Positions 44,699 through 54,322 of a stretch of DNA of 64,000 bases are shown one piece after another. Origin of the DNA: an uncultured Chloroflexia bacterium (GTDB lineage Bacteria > Chloroflexota > Limnocylindria > Limnocylindrales > CSP1-4); assembly GCA_963766735.1 (NCBI GenBank), contig CAVYBU010000021.1, positions 53,565-117,564 on the forward strand. Direction: 5' to 3'. The position numbers and the translations under genes are program-made. The first letter of the stretch is position 1. Each line of letters opens with the position of its first letter. The notes under the pieces were generated by a model, which saw only the letters and a list, made by a program, of their open reading frames with translations, searched no databases and had not been told where the DNA came from.

Positions 44699-45610
44699 AT
44701 GCGGCTGAACCGCGCGCTCGCCCTCGGGGCGTCGGTGCTGGTGCTCGTTGGCGCCTGCACGACGGGAGGAGGCGACAAGCCCACCATCAGGATCGGCTCC
44801 GACGGCTTCTACGAATCCAAGCTGATGGCTGAGATCTACGCCCAGGTCCTGGAGGACGACGGCTTCACCGTCGAGCGGAGCCTGGGGCTCGGACCGCGCA
44901 AGGTCAGCTCGGCGGCCCTGGAGGGCGGCCAGATCGACCTCAAGCCCGAGTACATCGGCAGCGGTCTCGGTTACTACGATCCGGCCCAGCCGACGGGCGA
45001 CCCGGCGACCAATGCGGCGGCGCTGGCGGCCATCCTCGCCACCACGGGCGGTGGCATCTCCGTGCTCGGCTACACGCCCGGCCAGGACACGAACGCGTTC
45101 GTCGTGCGCGAGGACACCGCCGCGCAGTACAACCTGACCAGGATGAGCGACCTCGCCGCGGTGCAGGATCAGCTGACCTGGGGGCTGCCGCCCGAGTGCG
45201 AGACGAACGCCCTGTGCGGCGGGGCGTTGAGTGACAGCTACGGGATCTCGTTCCCGCCCCAGAACCTCAAGCCACTCGCCGCCTGCGACGCCCCGATCGC
45301 CGAGGCCCTGCAGGGCGGTGCGGTGGACGTTGCCGAGCTCTGCTCCACGCAGCCGGCGATCGCCCAGTTCGGTTTCGTGGCGCTCGAGGATGACAAGAAG
45401 ACCCAGCCGGCCGAGAACATCGCCCCGATCGTCCGGGACGACTACCTCGCCAAGGTGGACAAAGCCTCGTTCCAGGATCTCCTCGACGCCGTGTCCGCGA
45501 AGATGACGACCGAAGAGCTCACGACACTCGGCGTGGAAGTTGCCGTGAACAACCGTGATGTTGCCGAGGTCGCGACGGAGTGGCTGAAGGCCCAGGGCCT
45601 GGTCAAGTAG
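44699..45610 (+). CDS. Glycine betaine/choline-type ABC substrate-binding lipoprotein
   Basis: Lipobox VGAC, IGSDGFYES, PEYIGS and LEDDKKTQPAENIAP. Confidence 0.9.
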   Translation: MRLNRALALGASVLVLVGACTTGGGDKPTIRIGSDGFYESKLMAEIYAQVLEDDGFTVERSLGLGPRKVSSAALEGGQIDLKPEYIGSGLGYYDPAQPTGDPATNAAALAAILATTGGGISVLGYTPGQDTNAFVVREDTAAQYNLTRMSDLAAVQDQLTWGLPPECETNALCGGALSDSYGISFPPQNLKPLAACDAPIAEALQGGAVDVAELCSTQPAIAQFGFVALEDDKKTQPAENIAPIVRDDYLAKVDKASFQDLLDAVSAKMTTEELTTLGVEVAVNNRDVAEVATEWLKAQGLVK

Positions 45611-45687
45611 GGGTTGCGAGACCCTCGGCAGCCGCGCTGCTGGTGATCGGCACGTAGCTGGGCCGGGTATCGTCCAACGCCGCCCGG

Positions 45688-47103
45688 TCAGCGGCGCGCG
45701 AGGGTCACCGGCAGCGTCACGTGGAAGCACGTCGCGCCGGGCTCGGACGTGACCGAGATCTGGCCGCCGTGCTGGCCGACGATGATCGAGTGCGAGATGT
45801 GGAGCCCGAGGCCGGTCCCCTTGCCCGGCTCCTTGGTCGTGTAGAAGGGCTCGAAGATCCGCTGCCGCACGGGTTCGGGGATCCCGGGTCCGTCGTCGCA
45901 CAGGTCAACGGTCACGTGGTCGACCGGCTCGGCCCGAAGTCGGATCGTCAGCGTGCCGTGCCCGTCCATCGCATCGATCGCGTTGTCGACGATGTTCGTC
46001 CAGACCTGGTTGAGCTCGCTTCCGTACGCTTCGATGCGCGGCAAGCCCTCCGCGTAGTCGCGGACGACGGTGGTCCCTTCCTTGAGCTTGTGGCGCATGA
46101 TCACGAGCGTGTTCTCGATCCCCTCGCGGACGTCGATGTCCAGGACCGGCGCCTGGTCGAGGTAGGTATAGGACTTGACCGCGGTGACCAGCTCGGCGAT
46201 CCGCTCCGACGTCATTGCGATCTCGTCGATCAGGCCGTCGATCGTCGCGACAGCGGCAAGCCACCCGGCGGCGGCACCGATCGCCCGCACCCCCACCCTC
46301 TGCCCGAGGGCGTCGAGGTCCTCCGCCGTCCACCCCCGTTCGGCGAGAGCTGGTGCGAGCCGCCACGCGTCCGCCACGTCGAGGTCGTCGAGGTAGGACT
46401 CCAACGCCTGGGCACGATCGCTCGCCGCGAGCGCATCGACGACGGACGGAGCCTCCGCCGGCCCGGCTCGCCCCGCCCGCACGTCGTCCAGCGCACTCCT
46501 GCCGGTGTCGTCCAGGCCCACGGACGCCAGCGCCTGTTCGGCGGGCCCGAGCTCGGCGAAGGCGTCGCGGAGGAGGGCCGCGCTCCGCCGCATCGCGGCC
46601 GTGGGATTGTTCAACTCGTGGGCGAGCCCGGCGGCGAGCGTCCCGAGGGAAGCCAGCTTCTCGCGCTGCTGCAGCATCGCCAGCGACGAGCGCAGGCGAG
46701 TTCCGAGCGTATGCACGAGAGCGAGCGAGACCGTCGAGTCGGTCGCAACCAGCTCAAGGAACGCGTCCCGCGCGATGAACAGCGTCCGGCCGGGCTCCAC
46801 GGCGCGGACCGTCGCGGTGCGCGGACCCTGCTCCAGCAGCGCCATCTCGCCCACGACCTCGCCGGGCCCGATCACGCCCACCGGGAGGTCGTCCGGGCCC
46901 ATGCGCTTGGTGACCTCGAGTTGGCCCCCGAGCACGACGTAGAGTCCGTCCGCCTCCTCACCCTCGCGCATGAGGACCGTGCCCGGCACGACGTCCACCA
47001 CGACCGCCATCGTGGCGAGGCGGTCCATCACGTCATCGTGGAGGTCCGCGAGCAGGGGGACGGTGCGCAGAGCGTCGACCCGCGACGCCGGCCCGAAGGT
47101 CAC
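45688..47103 (-). CDS. Cyclic-nucleotide-binding sensor histidine kinase
   Basis: cNMP cassette GEVVGEMALL..GPRTATV, H-box AHELNNP, N-box NQVWTNIVDNA, DDGPGIP, FEPFYTTK and GTGLGL. No TM helix. Confidence 0.93.
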   Translation of the reverse strand: MTFGPASRVDALRTVPLLADLHDDVMDRLATMAVVVDVVPGTVLMREGEEADGLYVVLGGQLEVTKRMGPDDLPVGVIGPGEVVGEMALLEQGPRTATVRAVEPGRTLFIARDAFLELVATDSTVSLALVHTLGTRLRSSLAMLQQREKLASLGTLAAGLAHELNNPTAAMRRSAALLRDAFAELGPAEQALASVGLDDTGRSALDDVRAGRAGPAEAPSVVDALAASDRAQALESYLDDLDVADAWRLAPALAERGWTAEDLDALGQRVGVRAIGAAAGWLAAVATIDGLIDEIAMTSERIAELVTAVKSYTYLDQAPVLDIDVREGIENTLVIMRHKLKEGTTVVRDYAEGLPRIEAYGSELNQVWTNIVDNAIDAMDGHGTLTIRLRAEPVDHVTVDLCDDGPGIPEPVRQRIFEPFYTTKEPGKGTGLGLHISHSIIVGQHGGQISVTSEPGATCFHVTLPVTLARR

Positions 47104-48764
47104 AGGCTTGAGAGGTACTGGTGGACGAGCTGGATGGCCATCGAACCCTCGCCGACTGCGGAGGCGATGCGCTTCACCGATCGGGAACGGACGTCTCCGG
47201 CGGCAAAGACCCCGGGGACGCTCGTCTCCAGCAGGAAGGGCTCGCGCTGGAGGGTCCAGCCGGCGGGTGGCTTTCCATCCCGGACCAGGGCGGCGCCGGT
47301 GAAGACGAATCCGGCGCTGTCGCGCTCCACGAGGTCGCCGAGCCAGTCGGTTCGTGGGGCGGCCCCGATGAACAGGAAGAGCGCGGCGATCGCCAGGCGG
47401 TCCCGAGTGTGGGTCTCGCGATCCTCCAGCTCGACCGCGGTGAGCTCACGCTCGCCCTCCACTGACGCGATGCTCGCGCCGAGCCGGACGGTGATATTGG
47501 GGGTGGAGGCGATCCGGTCCACGAGGTACTGGGACATGCCGGCCTCGATCCGGTCCGACCGGATGATGAGGGTGACGCTCTTCGCGAATGCCGAAAGATG
47601 GATGGCGGCCTGCCCGGCCGAGTTGCCGCCGCCGACCACGCCCACGTCCAGGCCCCGGCACGCGACGGCCTCGCTGATCGCCGAGCCGTAGAAGATCCCG
47701 GTCCCCTCCAGCTCATCGACGCCGGGGAGGTCCAGCGTGCGGTACTGCACGCCCATCGCAAGGATGACGGCCTGGCAGCTGATCTCTGTCCCGTCGCCCA
47801 GCGTGGCGACGCGGTACGGGTCAGCGAGCCGGAGGCCCGTCACCTCCTGTGGGCTGAGGATCTCGGCTCCGAGGCGGGTCGCCTGCGCGACCCCGCGACG
47901 GGCGAGGTCGGCGCCGCTGAGGCCCGCTGGGAAGCCGAGGTAGTTCTCGATCCGCGAGGTGGTGCCCGCCTGTCCGCCGGGGGCCTCGCGCTCGATCATG
48001 AGCGTCCGCAGCCCCTCCGATGCGCCGTAGACCGCTGCGGCGAGCGCCGCCGGTCCTCCACCCACGATCACGACGTCGTAGAACGGCAGGCCGGCCTCGG
48101 TCTTCCGCCCCAGCTTCTCCGCGATCTCGCGATTGGAGGGTTCCACGAGCGTCGTCCCGTCAGGGAAGACGACCAGCGGCTTCTGCAGGTCTCCAAGGCC
48201 GGCGCTCTCGACGAGCCGGCGTGCCTCGGCGTCCTCCTCGACATCCAGCCATCGATAGGGGACCTGGTTGCGCGTCAGGTAGTCCTTGATCGCGTGCGCT
48301 CGTGCCGACCACCTGTGGCCGACGAGGCTGATCCCCTCGAACGGCGGTCGGTAGCCGGCCGCCCAGTCCTCGAGCAGCTCCGCGACGATCGGATACAGCT
48401 TCTCCTGGGGCGGATCCCACGGCTTGAGGAGATAGTGATCGAGGCGGACCTCGTTGATCGCGCGGATCGCGGCGTCCGTGTCCGCATAGGCGGTCAGCAG
48501 GACGCGCTTCGCATCCGGCACGAGATCCAGGGTTTGCGCGAGCAGCTCGACGCCGGACATGCCCGGCATCCGCTGGTCCACGATCAGGAGAGCGACGGCG
48601 GACCCGCGCAGCGTGAGGGCGCGGATGACATCCAGCGCCGCTGGTCCGGAACCGGCGCCCAGGATCTGATAGTCGCGTCCGAATTCCGCCCGAAGGTCGC
48701 GCTCGACCGCGCGCAGGACCGGCGGGTCGTCGTCGACCGCGATGATCACAGGTTTCCCGGCCAT
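47100..48764 (-). CDS. Response-regulator receiver fused to Grx-like and thioredoxin-reductase-like FAD oxidoreductase domains
   Basis: REC motifs VDDD, DQRMP, LTAY and KPW. FAD/NADPH motifs GGGPAA, GGGNSAGQ and FAAGDVR. Its stop overlaps the kinase start (GTGA). Confidence 0.92.
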   Translation of the reverse strand: MAGKPVIIAVDDDPPVLRAVERDLRAEFGRDYQILGAGSGPAALDVIRALTLRGSAVALLIVDQRMPGMSGVELLAQTLDLVPDAKRVLLTAYADTDAAIRAINEVRLDHYLLKPWDPPQEKLYPIVAELLEDWAAGYRPPFEGISLVGHRWSARAHAIKDYLTRNQVPYRWLDVEEDAEARRLVESAGLGDLQKPLVVFPDGTTLVEPSNREIAEKLGRKTEAGLPFYDVVIVGGGPAALAAAVYGASEGLRTLMIEREAPGGQAGTTSRIENYLGFPAGLSGADLARRGVAQATRLGAEILSPQEVTGLRLADPYRVATLGDGTEISCQAVILAMGVQYRTLDLPGVDELEGTGIFYGSAISEAVACRGLDVGVVGGGNSAGQAAIHLSAFAKSVTLIIRSDRIEAGMSQYLVDRIASTPNITVRLGASIASVEGERELTAVELEDRETHTRDRLAIAALFLFIGAAPRTDWLGDLVERDSAGFVFTGAALVRDGKPPAGWTLQREPFLLETSVPGVFAAGDVRSRSVKRIASAVGEGSMAIQLVHQYLSSL

Positions 48765-48896
48765 GGCTCCCCAACTGTTCTGCGGAGCCGCGATCGTAGA
48801 CTGATCGCGCCCGGCCGACAAGACAGGATGATCCCCGCGGGGTCGGCAGTGGCCGCCGGGCACGGGTTCATCCCGGGATCGACGCCGGGGGCCGGC

Positions 48897-50253
48897 CTAG
48901 CGCTGGTGAGTTGCTGCGCCCGCGGATGCCGAGCTCGACGAGACCCCGGCGGCCGGTCGGGAATGCCCCACCAGGAACCAGGTAGGGGTTGGACCCTTGC
49001 CCTTCACGTCGATGAGCCCGCGCGGCTCCAGGACGAAGCGGCCGTCGAGCCGATCCTTCACTGCCTGGGTCACCTGGATCCTCCCAGGCACGCTGAGCGA
49101 CTCCATGCGACTCGCGACGTTGACCGTGTCCCCCCAGATGTCGTAGATGAACTTCTTGGTCCCGATCACGCCGGCGATCACCGGGCCGCAGTGGATACCG
49201 ATCCGGAACCGGATCCCGAGCCGCACCGCGGTGTCGATCCGGCCCACGGCCTCGACCAGTCCGAGGGCCATCGTTGCCACCCGGGCCGTGTGGTCGCTGG
49301 ACGCCTCCTGCATGCCGCCGACGACCATATAGGCGTCGCCGATCGTCTTGACCTTCTCGAGGCCGGCACGCTCGGCCAGCACATCGAAGGCAGTGAAGAC
49401 CTCGTTCAGCACGCTCAGCAGCTCGCTCGGGGTCAGGGACGCCGAGAGGACCGTGAACCCGACGATGTCCGCGAAGAGCAGCGTCACGTCATCGAAACGG
49501 TCGGCGATCAGCGGCTCGCCGCCACGCAGGCGATTGGCGATCGGCTCCGGCAGGATGTTGAGCAACAGCCGCTCGTTCTCACGGGCGAGTCGCTCGCGCT
49601 CCGAGGCCGCCGTGATGTCCGTGCCGTAGACGTTCACGAACCCGAACTCGGGGACATCGACCGGCACCAGCGCGTACATGCAGCCACCGGCCTCGACCTC
49701 GATTGCCGCGGCGCCGGGGGTCGAGGCGCGCTCGAGGAGTTCGTCGCGCAGCCCAGCCGGAAGACAGTCGCCTACCGCGAGGCCCAGACCCGCGATCAGG
49801 CCGAGGCTGGCAGGGTTGGCGTAGGCGACGCGTCCGTCCCGGTGGATCCGGATGACCGGGTTCGGGTTCTCGTCCGGGAACCTGACAATCGCCCGCTCGG
49901 CGGTCACGTCGCGGCCGTAGAGGTTGGTGAACCGGAGATCCGGGATCCGGACCGGCCAGACCGCGTATGTCCGGTGATCGGCAACGAGCTCCAGGGCCTC
50001 GCGCGCTGCCTCGACTTCCGCGAGGCGCGCCATCGTCTCCTGCGGGCAGCCGGCCGCCGACCATGACACCGAGCGCCTTCAGAACCCCGGCGCTCGCCCG
50101 GTTGGCGTAGATGAGGTCCCCGTGATCGTCGACGCGCAGGACCGGGTTGGGATTGTCGTCGGGGAAGCGGTTGATCGCGCTGATCTGCGCGCCGCTCAGC
50201 AGGGCGCCGCCTTCATGCGGAACATCACCGGAGCCGGGGACACGGGCTGCCAT
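48897..50253 (-). CDS. PAS-PAS class III adenylyl cyclase (frameshift at ~50044)
   Basis: Two FPD(D/E)NPNPV..YAN.AS PAS repeats. Catalytic motifs FADIVGFT, KVKTIGDAYM and YDIWGDTVNVASRMES. Confidence 0.9.
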
Positions 50254-50262
50254 CGGCGGAGT

Positions 50263-50806
50263 CTAGGCGCCGAGGCCGAAGGTGTCGAGGCGTGTCGACC
50301 TGGACGAGGTCGCCCGGCTGGGCGGCGGTGAAGTCGCGGGGCTTGCGCACCGCGTGCGGTCGCCGCCAGGCCCGCTTGCGGGCGCTGATCCGGCGGCTGA
50401 CGGGCTCCCGAAGCTCACCCGTGGCTCGCAGGCGGTCGAGGATCCGCCCGACCATCGAGACCGAGAGCACGAGGCCCTCGCGCCGGAGCAGGACCGCGAG
50501 CTTGTCCTTGCCCCAGCGCGGGTAGGTCTGGCGCATCCGGCGGACCGCGGTGAGCTCGCCCAGCGTCCAGGTCGGCCGGCGCCGCCGCACCGGGCGTGAC
50601 GGCCGGTCCTCGAGCGTCTCGAGGCGGTGGCGGTCGTACCGCCCGAGCCAGCGGTACACGGTGGGACGGCTGTAGCCGAAGTGACGGGCGGTGCGGGCCA
50701 CGTTCTCCCCGTGCTCCCGGTGCCAGTCGAGCATCTCGAGCCGGACCCGGGCATGGCGGGACAGGTCGGGGGCGGCCTCGCGGGGGACGCCCCAGAGGCC
50801 GCGCAC
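50263..50806 (-). mobile_element. Truncated IS481-like transposase remnant (HTH region, ends just after the first catalytic Asp)
   Basis: VARTARHFGYSRPTVYRWL, LEDRPSRP, YPRWGKDK and PGDLVQVDT, followed quickly by a stop. Confidence 0.8.
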
Positions 50807-50840
50807 TCGTTCAGGGCGGCAGACGACCCTTGCCCTGGCG

Positions 50841-50894
50841 CCGGCCGACCGCGGTGGCCCGACCGACCAGGGTGGCCCGGCCGACCCCGGTTGC
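50841..50894. repeat. Three imperfect 18-bp tandem repeats
   Basis: ccggccgaccgcggtggc / ccgaccgaccagggtggc / ccggccgaccccggttgc. Confidence 0.7.
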
Positions 50895-50897
50895 CGG

Positions 50898-52277
50898 TCA
50901 GCCGAGGACGCCGGGGACGTCGCGATAGAGCCCCTTCCGCCACGTGCCGTCGAGCATGTCGCCCATGGCCCGGTTCGCCAGGTCGGAGAACTCCGGGTCC
51001 AGGATGTGCAGGTCAACGGCGATCAGGTCGAGGTTGTCGTTCGCTCGATCCATGCCTTCGTCGAGGACGGCCCGCATGACCACGGCCTTCCGCGACCACG
51101 TCGGGTGTTGCGGATCGGGCTCCCAGGACGGGCCGTCGCCGTGCCCCTCCGCCCAACCGCGCTCGCGAGTCGCGATCGCCTCGCGCTGGTCGTAGGCAGA
51201 CCAGCCCTGCATCGGGAGGAGGAAGACCGCGGGTCCCGCCGTCCGGTTGAGGCGCTCCACGATCATCCGCGAGACGCTCTCCACCTCCTCGGAGGTCGGG
51301 ATGATGATCGTCACGCTCGGGTTGTGGATGTAGGGGAGCCCTTCGTTCCGGTGGCTCGACCGTCGTCCGCTGGCCGTCTCATCCAGGTACCGCTGCGGCA
51401 CCTTCTCGAGGGCACCCAGTGCCGCCTGGTCGAGTCCGCCCGGGGCAACGACCTGCGGGATGCCCATGGCTCCCGCTGCCGTCAGGCGCTCGCCTTCCCA
51501 TGCCACCGGCGTCCCGTAGACGCTGCCCAGCAGCGTGTTCATCAGATCCGCGGGCGTGAGGTCGATCACCGCGGTGATCAACCCTGAGCGGATGAGGTCC
51601 TCCATGGTCGTTCCGGGGACGCCCACGGCGTGGAAGGCGCCTGTGTCCCAGCCGCGACCCTCCATGAATGCGCCGCAGCGGAGGACCGCGGGCGTCGTCG
51701 AGCCGTACGCCGTGATCGCGCACAACGGCCGCGATCCCGGTGGCACCTCGGGCACCCGGGCCATGGCAACGACTGCGGCCGTGGCGTTCGCGATCATCCT
51801 GCGCGTTACCACGTTGACGCCCTGCTCGGCCGTCGGGTTGACGATGAAGATGTCCTTGTTCCCCAGCCACAGGCTGACGTCGCTCGGCGCCATGTCCGTC
51901 AGCATCACCTTCGGCACGCCGAACGGCAGCGCGCGCATCACCTGCGTCGCCGTCGTCGTCCCGACGGCCCCGGCCCACGAGATGATCCCGTCGCACCGTC
52001 CGGCCGCGTGCAGCTCCTGGATCTTGACGGCGCCCGCGTGGCCCACCAGCTCGATCGCTGCCGCCCGCGGGGCCGCGTAGACCTCCTCGACCGGCGTGCC
52101 GGTAGCCGCCAGGACGTCGTGAAGCGAGATGTCGGCCCAGTCGACCGCGGCGCCCAGGCTGAGGTCCATGACCAGCGGCGTGCCGCCGTGCTCCGCCACC
52201 TGCTCGGCGAGGAACCGGATCTCGATGCCCTTCGTGTTGCACATTCCGGTGACGACGATCGTCGGGCCGTTGCTCAC
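50898..52277 (-). CDS. Tm-1-like ATP-binding domain protein (UPF0261)
   Basis: TGMCNTKGIEIRFL, MRALPFGVPKVML, FHAVG, GIPQVVAPGGLD, HNPSVT and HILDPEF. Confidence 0.88.
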   Translation of the reverse strand: MSNGPTIVVTGMCNTKGIEIRFLAEQVAEHGGTPLVMDLSLGAAVDWADISLHDVLAATGTPVEEVYAAPRAAAIELVGHAGAVKIQELHAAGRCDGIISWAGAVGTTTATQVMRALPFGVPKVMLTDMAPSDVSLWLGNKDIFIVNPTAEQGVNVVTRRMIANATAAVVAMARVPEVPPGSRPLCAITAYGSTTPAVLRCGAFMEGRGWDTGAFHAVGVPGTTMEDLIRSGLITAVIDLTPADLMNTLLGSVYGTPVAWEGERLTAAGAMGIPQVVAPGGLDQAALGALEKVPQRYLDETASGRRSSHRNEGLPYIHNPSVTIIIPTSEEVESVSRMIVERLNRTAGPAVFLLPMQGWSAYDQREAIATRERGWAEGHGDGPSWEPDPQHPTWSRKAVVMRAVLDEGMDRANDNLDLIAVDLHILDPEFSDLANRAMGDMLDGTWRKGLYRDVPGVLG

Positions 52278-52744
52278 GAGGCATCTCCGGCCAGGGACGC
52301 GGCGATCTGCGTGCGCCATACCGGTCCGTATCCGGCCACCTGCCGCGCCATGGTGCGCACGTCATCGATCCTGCCCGGGTCGAGCGCGGTGTGCTCATAC
52401 GTCACCGACACGGCACTGGCGCCCTCCCCGCACGGCATCACCTCGATGTCGATGAGGATGGCCACCGTGCCCGGCACGAGGAAGACGTGCTGGACTCGGC
52501 CGCCGACCGGATCGTACGTGGTGGTCATCCCCACGCCGTGGTGGGGCGCCGGGAGCAGGAAGACCGCACCGGCACAATCCTGGGCGGGCTGGGGGTGCAG
52601 GAACTTCGGGTCCCAGCTCGGATCCCACGAGCGCTCGCGGTGCGCACCGAAGAGCTCGGTGATCGTCTCGGGCGACCCGTCCACCACGAAGTCAAAGGCC
52701 GTGCGGTAGTGGCCAAGTCCGACTGACCCGTCCGGGGCGATCAT
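52274..52744 (-). CDS. Hypothetical protein, SRPBCC/helix-grip-like
   Basis: LFGAHRERSWDPSWDP...VTYEHTAL...W. GGAGG RBS, and GTGA overlap with the Tm-1-like gene. Confidence 0.65.
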   Translation of the reverse strand: MIAPDGSVGLGHYRTAFDFVVDGSPETITELFGAHRERSWDPSWDPKFLHPQPAQDCAGAVFLLPAPHHGVGMTTTYDPVGGRVQHVFLVPGTVAILIDIEVMPCGEGASAVSVTYEHTALDPGRIDDVRTMARQVAGYGPVWRTQIAASLAGDAS

Positions 52745-52767
52745 TCCCGTTCCTCCGAGGCAGATGG

Positions 52768-53094
52768 CTATCGGCCGCCTTCTGCGGGTGCCATGAGGAG
52801 CTCCTCCGGGTAGCACCATGCCCAGGCCTCGCCGGGCTCGGCCGAGCGGATGACGGGGTGTTGCGACCCGTGCCAGTGTGCCGTGGCGTGCCGGCGCGGC
52901 GAGTTGTCGCAACAACGGACATCGCCGCAGGTGAGGCACTGGCGGAGGTGCACCCAGGTGCTGCCCTCGCGAATGCAGTCGACGCACTGCTGCGACGGCG
53001 ACCCGACCTGCTGCAGGTCAGCGAGGTGGACGCATTGCAGTGGAAGGGGATCACCGTTCTCGTCGGCGGCGACCCATTCAGGGCTGGTGTTCAT
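52768..53094 (-). CDS. UBP-type zinc finger protein
   Basis: CVH..CVDC..WVHLRQCLTCGDVRCCDNSP.RHATAH..HPVIRSAEPGEAWAWCY. Confidence 0.9.
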   Translation of the reverse strand: MNTSPEWVAADENGDPLPLQCVHLADLQQVGSPSQQCVDCIREGSTWVHLRQCLTCGDVRCCDNSPRRHATAHWHGSQHPVIRSAEPGEAWAWCYPEELLMAPAEGGR

Positions 53095-53225
53095 GGACGA
53101 GATTGTGAGGACTGCGACCGCAGAGCGCAATTGCCCTCACCCGGGTCCCGTCGCCCAGGATCGACCGGCACGAACACCGCGGGCGAGGTCGACCTGCTCC
53201 TCGAGGGGTGGCCCCGCGTCGCCTG

Positions 53226-54056
53226 CTACTCGGTGCGGTTCCGCTTGGCTTCGACCAGGGCGGCGTCCGCGGTCGCCGTGAGCTCGTCGAGCGTCTCGTC
53301 TCCAGTCAGCGTGGCCAGCCCGGCCGTGATCCCGACGCCGGTGGCATTCCGCAGGGACTGATCGATCACGGCGATCCGGTGCTGCACCTCGTCCGCGTCG
53401 ATCGACGAGATCCCGCAGATGAACTCGTCTCCCCCGAACCGGACGATCGGGTCGTACGACCGCAGGTTGGCCCGCATGGTCGCGGCGAGCGTCCGGAGAA
53501 CGCGATCGCCGGCCGCGTGTCCGTCACGGTCGTTGACCCCCTTGAGTCCGTCGACGTCGATGAACGCGATCACGAACTTGCCATTGGACCGTCGTGCTCG
53601 TTCGATCTCGTTCCTGAGGGCGAGCCTGCCCATCTCGCGTCGGAGGACCCCCGTCAGGGCGTCGAGGTGTGCGCGCTGGAGCTCGGCCTCCAGGCGGGCC
53701 CGCTCGAGCGCGGCATCATCGCTGGCCGCCTCTGCACCACCTGGTCCGGCGGCGGGGTGCACCTTCGCGATCGAGTCGCGCTCCGCGGCGGCCTTGTCCC
53801 TCGCGTTCGCGATCGAGTCGCGCTCCGCGGCGGCCTTGTCCCTCGCGTTCGCGATCGAGTCGCGCTCCGCGGCGGCCTCGTCCCTTGCGTCCGCGATCTC
53901 GTTGTGCGCCAGGGCGGCCCTGTAGATCGCCTCGGTCAGCTCGCTGTGCGCCAGGGCGGCCCGATGCAGGGCCTCGGTCATGTCGGGACGGTCCGGCGCA
54001 TGGGCAGACTTCCGCGCTGCCCGCGCCTTTGACTTCTTCCCCTTGCGCCGATCCAC
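53226..54056 (-). CDS. GGDEF-domain diguanylate cyclase with N-terminal 14-aa coiled-coil repeats
   Basis: DALTG, FIDVDGLKGVNDRDGHAAGD, RFGGDEF and ADAAL. Confidence 0.9.
   Translation of the reverse strand: MDRRKGKKSKARAARKSAHAPDRPDMTEALHRAALAHSELTEAIYRAALAHNEIADARDEAAAERDSIANARDKAAAERDSIANARDKAAAERDSIAKVHPAAGPGGAEAASDDAALERARLEAELQRAHLDALTGVLRREMGRLALRNEIERARRSNGKFVIAFIDVDGLKGVNDRDGHAAGDRVLRTLAATMRANLRSYDPIVRFGGDEFICGISSIDADEVQHRIAVIDQSLRNATGVGITAGLATLTGDETLDELTATADAALVEAKRNRTE
53764..53982. repeat. 42-bp tandem repeats within the GGDEF gene (3 near-identical plus 2 of a second type)
   Basis: ttcgcgatcgagtcgcgctccgcggcggccttgtccctcgcg occurs three times (ARDKAAAERDSIAN). It is followed by two tcg.tgtgcgccagggcggccc... 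units. Confidence 0.9.
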
Positions 54057-54322
54057 AGGTGACCTCGTTCGTCCGGAGGGGCGCCGACCGCGCCGGAGGT
54101 ACTACTGGCGCCGTCCAGAGTACCTAGTTCGCGCGGCGTTCAACCCACCGAAACCGCAAACTGGTGCGAGGAAGCCACGATTTCTCATGCCTGCTCGCGC
54201 GGGACCCGCACCACGACACTCCGGTGGGGCTACTCGTGCGGCCGCCGAGGCGCCAGCTGATACTCAGGGTTGCCACCGCGGAGGGTGGCGATGCTTCGGC
54301 AGCGGACCGTCCAGCGGCCCGC

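Noticed and set aside
47598-50066. 822-aa plus-strand ORF
   Set aside because: It is the antisense shadow of the REC-TrxR and cyclase genes.
50841-50894. 18-bp repeats as a CRISPR array
   Set aside because: There are no spacers, the repeats are too short, and no cas genes are present.
53764-53982. 42-bp repeats as a CRISPR array
   Set aside because: They are contiguous, in-frame coding repeats without spacers.
54124-54200. GCAAAC...GAAGCCAC near the GGDEF gene as a possible c-di-GMP riboswitch
   Set aside because: It lacks the GAAA-tetraloop/receptor stems, and it is on the wrong strand for the GGDEF gene.
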